Shown here: one piece after another, positions 10,515 through 19,362 of the stretch | How positions within the stretch are numbered: position 1 is the stretch's first letter | How the letters are laid out: every line of letters starts with the position of its first letter | Assembly: GCA_016196625.1 (NCBI GenBank) | Contig: JACPXH010000004.1 | Span: forward strand, 1,711-65,710 | Reading direction: 5' to 3' | Origin: Candidatus Parcubacteria bacterium | GTDB taxonomy: Bacteria; Patescibacteriota; Minisyncoccia; JACPXH01 | DNA length: 64,000 bases | The notes under the pieces: generated by a model | What the model was told of the DNA's origin: nothing | Databases searched by the model: none | The model's input: only the letters and a program-made list of their open reading frames with translations | Translations under genes and position numbers: made by a program

Positions 10515-13177
10515 GCGCCAACGGCGGCTTTCGCCCGCGGCGAGGACGCCACTTTTTTGGTGAGCGTAAACTCCCCCCGAGACACATCCACCATCACACT
10601 GTCTCCTTCCCGCACTTTGCCCTCAATAAGCTGCAGGGCCAGGGGGTCTAAGATTGTCCGCTGGATGATGCGCTTTAATGGCCGCGCGCCGTAAACCGGA
10701 TCGTTGCCCCGCTCGGCCAACAGTTCCTTGGCCGCACGGGTAACGTCAATTGAGACCCGCCGCACCTTGAGGCGCTCGCGCACGCGCAGAAGCTGCAGCT
10801 CCACGATCGCCGCAATGTCACGCTTAGTGAGCCGGTGAAAAATCACCACCTCGTCAATGCGATTCAAAAATTCGAGCTTGAAATACTCCGCCAAGAGATC
10901 CTTAATTCTTTCTTCTCGGCGCTCATCGGCTTTGCGCTCAACCTCCACATGATCCTTGGCCTCGGCAAACCCAAGTTCGGCCTTGGCCACGATCTCGTTG
11001 CCAATGTTGGAAGTCATAATGATAATCGTGTTTTTGAAGTTGACCGCCCGTCCCTTGCCGTCCGTAAGCCGGCCGTCGTCAAGAATCTGAAGCAGCATGT
11101 TGAACACCTCCGGATGCGCCTTCTCGATTTCGTCGAAAAGAACGATGCTGTAAGGTTTGCGGCGGATGACCTCGGTGAGCTGCCCGCCTTCTTCATAGCC
11201 CACGTAGCCCGGAGGCGAGCCCACGAGACGCGCGACGGAATGACGCTCCATGTATTCGGACATGTCGAGCCGCACCATGGCGTTCTCGTCGTTGAACATG
11301 AAAGCAGTCAGGGCGCGGGCAAGTTCGGTCTTGCCCACGCCCGTGGGCCCCAAAAAAAGGAATGAGCCGATGGGTCGGGCTTCCTCGGAAATGCCGGTTC
11401 TCGCCCGACGGATGGCGGCCGAGACGGCCTCCACCGCATGATTTTGACCGATGACGCGAGCCCGCAATGCCTCTTCCATCTTCGCCAACTTCTGGGCTTC
11501 GCCTTCCATAATCTTCGCCACCGGAATGCCGGTCCAGCGGCTGACCACCGCCGCGATGTCAGAAGGATCAACTTCTTCTTTCAGGATCTGACGCTTCTCT
11601 TGGATCGCCTGGAGACGTTTTTCCTCTTCGGTAAGCTCGCGCTCGAGCTTAGGCAAAACCCCGTAGCGCACTTCAGCCACTTTGGTGAGATCGCTTTGCC
11701 GCTCGGCAATTTCGGCCGCGGCGCGGTTAAGTTCGATCTGCTTTTTGGTCGCGCGAATTTTGGTGATGATTTCCTTTTCAGTCCGCCATTGAATTTCCAG
11801 CGCCTGGGTCTGCTCGCCAAGATCAGCGATGTGTTTTTGGATTCGCTTCAGTCGCTCCTTGGAAGCTGGATCTTTTTCCTTTTTGAGCGCTTCTCGCTCC
11901 ACCTCAAGGCGCATGATTTCACGATGGGCTTGGTCGAGCTCTTGAGGCATGGAATCAATTTCCATCCGGAGGCTGGAGGCAGCCTCATCAATGAGATCCA
12001 CGGCTTTATCCGGCAGAAAACGATCCGCAATGTAACGCTGGGACAATTCGACTGCCGAGACCAACGCGGGATCAGTTATGCGCACGCCATGATGCACCTC
12101 GTATTTCTCATTTAAACCCCGCAAAATTGCAACCGCATCTTCTGCGTTCGGCTCTTCAACGAGCACCGGCTGGAAGCGGCGCTCAAGCGCGGGGTCGCGC
12201 TCGATGTGCCGCTGGTATTCCTTCAGGGTGGTGGCACCAATCGCGTGCAGCTCGCCGCGGGCGAGGGCGGGCTTCAAAAGATTGGAGGCGTCAATGGCGC
12301 CCTCGGCCGCACCCGCTCCCACAAGCGTGTGCAGCTCGTCAATGAACAAAACGAACTTCCCTTCCGAGGCGTTAATCTCTTTGAGGAGCGCTTTAATGCG
12401 ATCTTCGAACTCGCCCCGATATTTGGTTCCGGCAACGAGCGCGCCCAGATCCAAGGCAATGAGCTCGCGATCCTTCAAGGTCTCGGGTACGTCTCCGGCC
12501 ACAATCCGTTGGGCGAGGCCCTCGACTATAGCGGTCTTGCCGACGCCGGGTTCGCCAATGAGTACGGGGTTGTTCTTGGTGCGCCGAGCTAAGACCTGCA
12601 TCACTCTCCGGATCTCCCGATCGCGGCCAATCACCGGATCGAGTTTCTTTTTGCGCGCGAGGTCCGTGAGATTGCGCGCGTACTTGTCCAGCACTTGGTA
12701 CTTTGACTCTGGCTCCGGATCGGTGACCCGCGTGCTGCCCCGCACTTCGGCCAGAATCCGGAGAATCAACTCATGGGTTACCCCTTGGCCCAACAGGAGC
12801 TGGCGCGCAGTTGACTCCACCTCGGCGAGTGCCAAAAGCAGATGCTCGGTGGAGATGAATTCGTCTTTAAAGTTTTGGGCTTCCTCACGGGCGCGCTCAA
12901 AGACCCGCCCGAGATCAGGCGTGAGGTACACCTGTCCGAACAGCACATTCGCCGTGCCTTTGGGGAGGCGCTCGACCTCTTCGGCCACGCGCCGGCGCAG
13001 GAGTTCTACGTCCGCTTCGAGCTTTTTTAAAATCATCTCGGTCGTGCCACTCTCTTGGGTGAGTAACGCTTCCAAGAGGTGCAAGACGTCAATCTGCAGC
13101 TGATTATGGCGCCGGGCAGCCTCGTGAGCGCGACCAATCGCTTCTTGGGCTTTGAAAGTAAAATTGTGGCCGTTCAT
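10511..13177 (-). CDS. clpB: ATP-dependent chaperone ClpB
   Basis: Two AAA+ modules ([16 protein letters not shown]), long coiled-coil middle domain, GARPLKR. Confidence 0.96.
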   Translation of the reverse strand: MNGHNFTFKAQEAIGRAHEAARRHNQLQIDVLHLLEALLTQESGTTEMILKKLEADVELLRRRVAEEVERLPKGTANVLFGQVYLTPDLGRVFERAREEAQNFKDEFISTEHLLLALAEVESTARQLLLGQGVTHELILRILAEVRGSTRVTDPEPESKYQVLDKYARNLTDLARKKKLDPVIGRDREIRRVMQVLARRTKNNPVLIGEPGVGKTAIVEGLAQRIVAGDVPETLKDRELIALDLGALVAGTKYRGEFEDRIKALLKEINASEGKFVLFIDELHTLVGAGAAEGAIDASNLLKPALARGELHAIGATTLKEYQRHIERDPALERRFQPVLVEEPNAEDAVAILRGLNEKYEVHHGVRITDPALVSAVELSQRYIADRFLPDKAVDLIDEAASSLRMEIDSMPQELDQAHREIMRLEVEREALKKEKDPASKERLKRIQKHIADLGEQTQALEIQWRTEKEIITKIRATKKQIELNRAAAEIAERQSDLTKVAEVRYGVLPKLERELTEEEKRLQAIQEKRQILKEEVDPSDIAAVVSRWTGIPVAKIMEGEAQKLAKMEEALRARVIGQNHAVEAVSAAIRRARTGISEEARPIGSFLFLGPTGVGKTELARALTAFMFNDENAMVRLDMSEYMERHSVARLVGSPPGYVGYEEGGQLTEVIRRKPYSIVLFDEIEKAHPEVFNMLLQILDDGRLTDGKGRAVNFKNTIIIMTSNIGNEIVAKAELGFAEAKDHVEVERKADERREERIKDLLAEYFKLEFLNRIDEVVIFHRLTKRDIAAIVELQLLRVRERLKVRRVSIDVTRAAKELLAERGNDPVYGARPLKRIIQRTILDPLALQLIEGKVREGDSVMVDVSRGEFTLTKKVASSPRAKAAVGA

Positions 13178-13180
13178 TAT

Positions 13181-13360
13181 CTAGCTGTTAGCTTCTAGCT
13201 TTTAGAAAGCGTCGGGGAAACATCTGACGATGATACCGCACGCGGAAGTAGCAGTCAAATGGTGAGAGTGCTACTCTTGAGCTTTCAGCTGTTAGCTTAT
13301 AGCTTTTAGCTTCGGGCATTGACGATCGTCAGACCTAACAGCTAGAAGCTAAGAAGCTAG
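13181..13360. repeat. Degenerate heptamer tandem repeats (TAGCT(G/T)N)n, in both orientations
   Basis: ctagctgttagcttctagcttttag; cagctgttagcttatagcttttagc; ctaacagctagaagctaagaagctag. Confidence 0.65.
13230..13274 (-). promoter_or_regulatory. clpB promoter overlapped by a CIRCE-like (HrcA) operator
   Basis: GTAGCAGTC-N9-GAGTGCTAC at 13248-13274 (CIRCE consensus TTAGCACTC-N9-GAGTGCTAA); TTGACT-17-TATCAT on the minus strand. Confidence 0.75.
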
Positions 13361-14580
13361 CCCTGCGGCCGTTCTACCAGTTTCGCCTTGACCGTAAACT
13401 CCGCCGACCCCCGCCTCACCTTAACCTCCACCTCGTCGCCAACCCGGTGCTGCTGAATGAGACGCGCCAGCGAATTCGCTGGGGTAATGCGCGCTCCGTC
13501 AAGCTCTAAAATCACGTCTCCCCCTTTGAGTCCAGCCGCCTCGGCCGGAGACCCTGGCGTTATAGCCGGCTCGTTGTTGTCTCCTGTGGTGATGAGCGCA
13601 CCGAAGTCAACTCCCAACTTTAGACGGTCAGCCACTTCTTTGGTAACAAGCGTATGCCGCACGCCAAGAAACGGCACGCTGATCTTGCCCAATGTTTTTA
13701 CATCCGCGAGATCCTTTTTGACCAACTGCGCGGGAATGGCAAACCCAATGCTCTGGGCGCCGATGACGGTCGCGGTATTCACGCCTACCACTTCGCCATC
13801 CAAGTTAAGGAGCGGCCCGCCTGAATTCCCCTGGTTGATCGCTGCATCCGTCTGGATCAAATTCTCCAGCTGCTCGGACACGCCCCCGCCTGATGCGGTG
13901 ATGGCGCGACGCAACCCCGAGACCACGCCCACCGAGACGGTGTTTTGGAACTCGCCCAACGCATTGCCTATCGCAATCACGGTGCGCCCAATCTCCAGTT
14001 TGTCGGAATCTCCCAGGATGAGAGTGGGAAAGTTGCTGCCCTCGATTTTGAGAATTGCCACGTCTTGGACCGGATCGCGCGCGAGCACTTTGGCTGGAAG
14101 GCGCCGTTGATCGTTTAGCAAGACGGTGTATTCAGCAACAGTATCAGCAACCACGTGTTTATTGGTAATCACGAGGCCGTCTTTCGAAACAATAAATCCA
14201 GAGCCAGCTCCGATCTGCTGCTTTTGCGTACCCCTCTGGCGCACCTCGGGAATCTGAATTTCCGGAAACAGATCGCCGAAACCTTCAAAAGGATTCACGA
14301 ACGTCTGCTCGAGCACCGGCAAATCCTTCGAGATAATGACCGAGACGACCGCCGGGGAGGCGCGCTTCACCACTTCCGCGATTTCCTCCTCGGTGGATTT
14401 TGCAATCGGCGTGGGGACGGGTGCCGCGTCCGGCTGCTGGGCCGATACGTTGCTCCGACCGGGTAACTGCAATGAAGGTCCGGCCGCGGGCTTGAGCCCT
14501 GACGCAATGAACAAACTGGACACCACGATCGCGGTGATGGCGCTCGTCGCAATGACGGTAAGGAAGGTAGAACGGTTCAT
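13357..14580 (-). CDS. htrA: HtrA/DegP-family serine protease with PDZ domain
   Basis: GAGSGFI, TNKHVV, DVAILK, QTDAAINQGNSGGPL, C-terminal PDZ. Confidence 0.92.
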   Translation of the reverse strand: MNRSTFLTVIATSAITAIVVSSLFIASGLKPAAGPSLQLPGRSNVSAQQPDAAPVPTPIAKSTEEEIAEVVKRASPAVVSVIISKDLPVLEQTFVNPFEGFGDLFPEIQIPEVRQRGTQKQQIGAGSGFIVSKDGLVITNKHVVADTVAEYTVLLNDQRRLPAKVLARDPVQDVAILKIEGSNFPTLILGDSDKLEIGRTVIAIGNALGEFQNTVSVGVVSGLRRAITASGGGVSEQLENLIQTDAAINQGNSGGPLLNLDGEVVGVNTATVIGAQSIGFAIPAQLVKKDLADVKTLGKISVPFLGVRHTLVTKEVADRLKLGVDFGALITTGDNNEPAITPGSPAEAAGLKGGDVILELDGARITPANSLARLIQQHRVGDEVEVKVRRGSAEFTVKAKLVERPQG

Positions 14581-14587
14581 GGGTGAG

Positions 14588-14633
14588 AATGACGAATGCC
14601 TAATGACGAATGAATGTCGAATGTCTAATATCT
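14588..14633. repeat. Heptamer tandem repeat (AATGACG-like)
   Basis: aatgacg aatgcct aatgacg aatg aatgtcg aatgtct aatatct. Confidence 0.6.
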
Positions 14634-14730
14634 AAAAAGACAGAACCTCTTCAATGCCCATAAACCTAGACGCTAAATGACGGCACCGAGTAACAAGGCA
14701 TCACTATTGTACCGAAAAACGAGTGCTGAT

Positions 14731-15771
14731 TCAATCGAGTTTGCCAACCCTCACTCCTATAAGCCGAACCGGCCGCTTGCCGAGAAACTGCCACAAGAGC
14801 TTCATGGTTGCGGCTTTGAGCGTGGGGAAACTCTGAGTGGCAGTTGGGAGCGTGCGGGATTTCGTATGCGTTTCAAAATCGGCGTACCGACACGTGACGG
14901 TTACGGTGCGAAAGTTCACCCTCTCTGCCATGATATCTCTGTGCACCTTTTCGGCGAGCTTCATCGCCGCGGCCAAGATGGGGCCGGGTTTTACGATGTC
15001 TTGTGCAAACGTGGTTTGCCGACCGATTGATTTTGCCTCTTCTGGCGCCTCGCTCACTGCCCGTTCGTCAATGCCGCGCGCCTGCCGGAAGAGCGCTCGG
15101 CCAAAGACGCCAAAAGTTTCGACCAACTCCGTCTCGGTATGCTCTTTCAGGTCGCGGACGGTCTGGATGCCGAGGCGTTTGAGATGTTCTTCGGTTTTGG
15201 GACCCACGCCGCGCAGCGCCCGCACGTGAAGCGGTGCAAGGAACGCCTCAACCATTTTCGGCTGCACCACGGTAAGGCCGTCGGGCTTATGAAAATCTGA
15301 TGCGATTTTGGCGACGAGTTTGTTTGGGCCGATGCCAACCGAAGCGGTAAGACGTTCCTGCCAAAAAATCGCCTGCTTGAGTCTTCGGGCGAATTGCTCT
15401 GCGACTTCAAAGCTGCCGCAGGAACTCAAATCAAGATACGCTTCGTCCACGCTTACTGCTTCAACCGCGCCGCCAATTTCTTTGAGCTCCCGCGTGAGCA
15501 GCGCCATGATTTTATCTGAAACCTCGCCGTAGAGCTGCCGGGGTCGGACGAACATCGCATAGGGACACTTGCGCCACGCCAAGGAGATCGGCATGGCCGA
15601 GCGAATGCCAAACTCCCGCGCTTTGTAATTCGCGGTTGAGACCACTCCACGACCGCGCCCACCCTCCGGATCCGCACCCACCACAATGGGCTTGCCATGC
15701 CATTCGGGATGCTCGCGCTCCTCGATCGCGGCAAAAAAAGCATCCATGTCCACGTGGGCTACAATTCGCAT
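14731..15771 (-). CDS. dinB: DNA polymerase IV (Y-family)
   Basis: HVDMDAFFAAIE, STANYKAREFG, SVDEAYLD, AKIASDFHKPDG, VRLIGV. Confidence 0.95.
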   Translation of the reverse strand: MRIVAHVDMDAFFAAIEEREHPEWHGKPIVVGADPEGGRGRGVVSTANYKAREFGIRSAMPISLAWRKCPYAMFVRPRQLYGEVSDKIMALLTRELKEIGGAVEAVSVDEAYLDLSSCGSFEVAEQFARRLKQAIFWQERLTASVGIGPNKLVAKIASDFHKPDGLTVVQPKMVEAFLAPLHVRALRGVGPKTEEHLKRLGIQTVRDLKEHTETELVETFGVFGRALFRQARGIDERAVSEAPEEAKSIGRQTTFAQDIVKPGPILAAAMKLAEKVHRDIMAERVNFRTVTVTCRYADFETHTKSRTLPTATQSFPTLKAATMKLLWQFLGKRPVRLIGVRVGKLD

Positions 15772-15794
15772 ACAAACCTAGTTTAATCCGCACT

Positions 15795-15806
15795 GAACTT
15801 TTGTTC
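15795..15806. promoter_or_regulatory. LexA-type SOS box candidate
   Basis: GAAC-TTTT-GTTC about 24 bp upstream of dinB; matches the Gram-positive-type GAAC-N4-GTTC core. Confidence 0.55.
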
Positions 15807-15820
15807 AACAGTTATCAACA

Positions 15821-15850
15821 TTGACAGACAAGTGACCGGCCATACAAACT
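15821..15850 (+). promoter_or_regulatory. Promoter of ncRNA unit 1
   Basis: TTGACA-18-CAAACT; predicted start coincides with the 5' arm of the terminal IR at 15856. Confidence 0.55.
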
Positions 15851-15855
15851 GAAAT

Positions 15856-16212
15856 TAAGGCAGCTCCGCAAGGGGAGGACAGGCCCCCAATCCTGTCAGG
15901 GATGCCCGTCGGATACCCATTCTGATGGGTCCACTCGTAACCCCCTTGCCGGCCGCTGGTATCCAGCGGTCGAACACACTCTTGAGGAGCCTCCTCCCGT
16001 TCCTTGCCGCCCTCTCAACCAGATGCGTCCGCACATCTCCGCACTGGTGAGAGCCGCAGGCGCGCACGGGCAGCGTTCCCGCATCTCGCAGCGCCATCCG
16101 AGCGCAGGCACCGGATGGTCAGGCAGCGGGTGCACGCAACGCTGGAAGGCACTCCTCTGGTTGCCTTACCCCCGCCGGGCTTCGCCATCAGCGCGAAGCC
16201 CAAATTCTTTTT
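15856..16212 (+). ncRNA. Putative RT-associated (retron msr/msd-like) ncRNA, unit 1
   Basis: Terminal IR taaggcagc (15856-15864)/gttgcctta (16160-16168); core 15952-16004 shared with unit 2; long internal hairpins; 3' hairpin gggcttcgc/gcgaagccc plus T-rich tail. Confidence 0.7.
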
Positions 16213-16245
16213 GATTCTAGAAGTAACTATCGTGTTGTTTTCATA

Positions 16246-16392
16246 GAACGAGTGCGCCCGAGCGGCGTCCGAGGCCGAGCGGGCATGGTGCCCGCCTAAG
16301 TTTTGTGAAGCAAAATTTAGGCGGGCGAGCGAGGCCGAGAAGCAGCGAAAATCCTCGCTGGGGATTTTCGCGTAGCGAGGGCGCACTCGTTC
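16246..16392 (+). repeat. Dispersed fold-back repeat, copy A
   Basis: Perfect 14-bp terminal IR gaacgagtgcgccc/gggcgcactcgttc; family core agcgaaaatcctcgctggggattttcgcgtagcga at 16344-16378. Confidence 0.85.
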
Positions 16393-16411
16393 GATGATCT
16401 AGTACACGCGC

Positions 16412-16440
16412 TTGACATCACTTGAGAGTGGCGTAAGAAT
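16412..16440 (+). promoter_or_regulatory. Promoter of ncRNA unit 2/RT
   Basis: TTGACA-17-AAGAAT; predicted start coincides with the IR arm at 16446. Confidence 0.6.
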
Positions 16441-16445
16441 CAAAT

Positions 16446-16684
16446 CGGCAAGGCGCCCTCCACCTCTCCTCGGAGAGTAACGGCGGCAGGCAGCAGCCGC
16501 AAAGCTGCCGAAGGTGTCGGCCTAGCCCAATACAGCAACCGTCGTCTGCCGCTAGCATCCAGCGGTTGAGCACCCCATAAGAGGAGGCTCCTCCTGTCCC
16601 TCTGTCTTATTTTACGAGGAAGGCGCCTCCGACCCATGGCCTTGCCGCTGGGCACCACGTCGCTGTGGTGCCCAAACCTTCTTT
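16446..16684 (+). ncRNA. Putative RT-associated (retron msr/msd-like) ncRNA, unit 2
   Basis: Perfect 9-bp terminal IR cggcaaggc (16446-16454)/gccttgccg (16639-16647), G immediately after the 5' arm; core 16548-16601; 3' hairpin tgggcaccac/gtggtgccca. Confidence 0.72.
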
Positions 16685-16714
16685 GAAAACCTGAATGCGA
16701 GGAGGTGATGACAA

Positions 16715-17734
16715 GTGCAGCAGGCAAAACTCTCTCTCCCGCCGATGCCCGCTCCGTGGCCGGATGATTTCCGAACAGCGCTCGGCCTCGACGAAGCGGC
16801 ACTTGCCGACGCATGGTTGCACCGCGCCGACTACCAACCGCACCGCGTGCCCAAACGCAAGCCGCGCCGGATTGGACCGAAGCGCCAACCGAAGGCAATC
16901 AAGAAGAAGCGCCGGCCCATTGACGAACCGCACCCCGCGCTCCGGGTCGTTCAAGAGGCAATCCGGAAAAAACTTCTCAAACGGATTCCACTCTCATCTG
17001 CCGCACACGGCTTCCGGAAGGGACGGTCGGCAACAACCGCGCTCATCCCCCATCGGAAGTCCGCCGCGTTCTTCACGGTAGATTTCCGAAACGCCTTCCA
17101 CAAGGTAACGACGGCGATGCTCGCGGATGCGTTGCGCGAGTGCGCACCGATCATCAAACCGGATTGGGTCCCGCCGCTTGTCGCGTTCACCACCCACCGC
17201 GGCCGGCTGCCGCAGGGCGCGCCAACGTCGAATGGTCTGTTCAACATCGCCTGCCGCGGGCTCGACGCAAACCTTGCCGCCTTCGCGCAGACGAGAGGAT
17301 TCGCGTACACGCGCTACGCAGACGCGGTCATCATATCGGCAAAGGTGCCGCTGCCAACTTCGCTTCAGCGCGAGATCGAAGCGAAGATCCGAACGCACGG
17401 ATTCCCCCTTGCCGCGGAGAAAACCGGCTACACCGAACCGCGCTACGCGCATCCCGTCATTATGGGGATTGCGGTGGTTGCAGGACGGCTCCGCGTTCCG
17501 AGGCGCCAGCTTGACCGCGCCCGCGCGTTCCTGCACCGAGCTCGATACGATCCGGCGATCCCGATGAAGGTTGTGGAGGGCGTACTCGGCAATGTCCGCG
17601 GTCTCCTCGGCGGACTGCCCCAGCGACTCCTCAAACCCTACCGCGAACTCCTTACGAGCAGAAACCTGTGGGTACACCCGCGCCGGAGACGACTCGCACC
17701 TCCGTTGACTCCTTCAACTTCTTCACCACCGTAA
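16715..17734 (+). CDS. Retron-like reverse transcriptase with YADA motif
   Basis: RPIDEP..LRVVQ, AHGFRKGRS, TVDFRNAF, LPQGAPTS, YTRYADA, GF..AAEKT, VIMGI (VTG-like); SD AGGAGGT 8 nt before GTG. Confidence 0.9.
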   Translation: MQQAKLSLPPMPAPWPDDFRTALGLDEAALADAWLHRADYQPHRVPKRKPRRIGPKRQPKAIKKKRRPIDEPHPALRVVQEAIRKKLLKRIPLSSAAHGFRKGRSATTALIPHRKSAAFFTVDFRNAFHKVTTAMLADALRECAPIIKPDWVPPLVAFTTHRGRLPQGAPTSNGLFNIACRGLDANLAAFAQTRGFAYTRYADAVIISAKVPLPTSLQREIEAKIRTHGFPLAAEKTGYTEPRYAHPVIMGIAVVAGRLRVPRRQLDRARAFLHRARYDPAIPMKVVEGVLGNVRGLLGGLPQRLLKPYRELLTSRNLWVHPRRRRLAPPLTPSTSSPP

Positions 17735-17771
17735 AGCGCCCGATCCTCGCGATCGGGCGCTCTGTCTTTTT
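17735..17771 (+). terminator. Intrinsic terminator after the RT
   Basis: agcgcccgatc/gatcgggcgct 11-bp stem, then ctgtcttttt. Confidence 0.8.
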
Positions 17772-17873
17772 GCGGGGTCAGCGGCAGTGTAGCGTGCACC
17801 CAACGAACTCAACATCTTTAAGCGATCGCTATAGAATGTTTTATTTGTTTTTCGACCTCGCCCCAACAACACT

Positions 17874-19241
17874 TCACACTCCCCTGCCGAGAAGCATAAT
17901 CTTCACAGTTTCCAACACGATGAGCGCGTCTAACACCAATGTCCGGTTCTTAATATAGTAAAGGTCATACTCAAGCTTCTCTTTCGAATCCTCCAGAGAA
18001 GCCGAGCTGAAAACATTGTTGACCTGCGCCCAGCCGGTGATGCCGGGCTTGGTCAGAAAACGCTCCTCGTAAAAAGGAATTTTCTCGTTCAAATCTTCGG
18101 CAAACTCCGGCCGTTCAGCGCGCGGGCCGATCAAGTTCATGTGCCCGAAGATAACGTTCAAAAGTTGCGGCAGTTCATCGAGATGGGTGCGTCGCATCCA
18201 GCGGCCAGCTTTCGTGATGCGCGGATCGTCCTTCTTGGTCCACGTAACTCCGGTGTCTTTCTCGGCGTTTGGCACCATGGAACGAAACTTGATGCACCAA
18301 AACGGTTGGCCGTAGCGGCCCACCCGGGTTGAGACGTAAAACACCGGACCGGGACTGGTCAGCTGCTGGCCCACGATGATGAAAGGCCACAGGGGAAGCG
18401 AAACGATGAACCCGGCCAAACCGACTGCAAACGAAGTCAACCGCTCAAATACGGATCGCGAGAAGCTGCGCGATTGAACTTCAAAAAACACCATCTCGGC
18501 CGGGCTCGTCCATGTAACCGGGAAGCGTCCGGTGAGCTCTTCGTACAGGTCTTGCGCCCGCACGACCCGGATGCCGCGCCGGCGCGCCACGGTAAGAAAC
18601 CGCACCTGCTGAGACGGCAACGCTCCGTCATGAGCAAGCGCGATCAGATGGATGCGCTTTTGCCGAAGCATCTCGCCGATCTCACGAAATAAAATCACCC
18701 TGCCCGAAACATTTGACACTTCATCGGGACTGGCCGCCACAAATCCTTCAAAGAAATAACTAATCTGCGTCTCGGGCGAAAGAATCTTAGCCACTGCCAG
18801 AGCCAACTGGCCCGTGCCGAACACCAGCACGTTTTCCCGCAGCACCGGCACCCGCACTACCAATCCAAACACCATCCGCCACGCGAATAGCAGCGCCACG
18901 GCGACAACCCCATAACTCAACAGGACTCGGCGCGAGAACTCCGGCGACCCCGGCAGAATAAACACAATAAACCCGACCGCGAGTGTTGCCAAGACCGCGG
19001 TCTGGCCCAACATTCGCAGACCCTTCACGTACTGGCGCGGAAACGCAATGCTGTACCCCTCTTGTAAAAAAATGATAATCGCCCACATGAGTGGAATCGC
19101 CGCCAGAAACAGGTAGTCGCGGCCGGGAATTTTTGCAAGGTACGTGGGGTAGGCAAAAAGCTGCGTGAGAAAAATCAAAATCAGCGCGAGGATGAATAGA
19201 TCCCCGATGAGCAGATAGAGTTGTTTGCGCAGTTGACGCAT
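17874..19241 (-). CDS. Polyprenyl glycosylphosphotransferase (priming sugar transferase)
   Basis: N-terminal TMs, KFRSM, DDPRIT, LDELPQLLNV, GPRAERP, KPGITGWAQV, YDLYYI. Confidence 0.92.
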   Translation of the reverse strand: MRQLRKQLYLLIGDLFILALILIFLTQLFAYPTYLAKIPGRDYLFLAAIPLMWAIIIFLQEGYSIAFPRQYVKGLRMLGQTAVLATLAVGFIVFILPGSPEFSRRVLLSYGVVAVALLFAWRMVFGLVVRVPVLRENVLVFGTGQLALAVAKILSPETQISYFFEGFVAASPDEVSNVSGRVILFREIGEMLRQKRIHLIALAHDGALPSQQVRFLTVARRRGIRVVRAQDLYEELTGRFPVTWTSPAEMVFFEVQSRSFSRSVFERLTSFAVGLAGFIVSLPLWPFIIVGQQLTSPGPVFYVSTRVGRYGQPFWCIKFRSMVPNAEKDTGVTWTKKDDPRITKAGRWMRRTHLDELPQLLNVIFGHMNLIGPRAERPEFAEDLNEKIPFYEERFLTKPGITGWAQVNNVFSSASLEDSKEKLEYDLYYIKNRTLVLDALIVLETVKIMLLGRGV

Positions 19242-19362
19242 AACAATGCCTACTATTATTCAATACACTTCCGACGGCGTCAATATTCCCTCATCGGGCG
19301 CAACATGAAGACTCTCCTCGTAAAGACAACCGCCGCGCACCATCGGGTGCGCGGCGGGAACC

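Noticed and set aside
6765-13103. Long plus-strand ORFs (6765-7640, 8202-9077, 9454-10209, 12204-13103)
   Set aside because: Antisense to well-supported genes, as expected in GC-rich DNA; no motifs.
15855-17081. Short ORFs overlapping the ncRNA region or RT (e.g. 16004-16246, 16015-16386, 16440-16898, 16695-17081) as effector genes
   Set aside because: No convincing SD or recognisable motifs, low-complexity Arg/Ala/Pro composition, and they cross hairpins, the repeat or the RT frame. A tiny peptide cannot be fully excluded.
16715-17734. RT as part of a group II intron or DGR
   Set aside because: No maturase/X domain or intron domain V/VI seen, and no TR/VR pair differing at adenines or adjacent avd-like gene. 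The motifs (AHGF, LPQGAPTS, YTRYAD) are retron-type.
18194-18204. gcatccagcgg as a third copy of the ncRNA core
   Set aside because: It lies inside the sugar-transferase CDS and lacks the upstream ccgct arm and the gaggag/ctcctc hairpin; a chance match.
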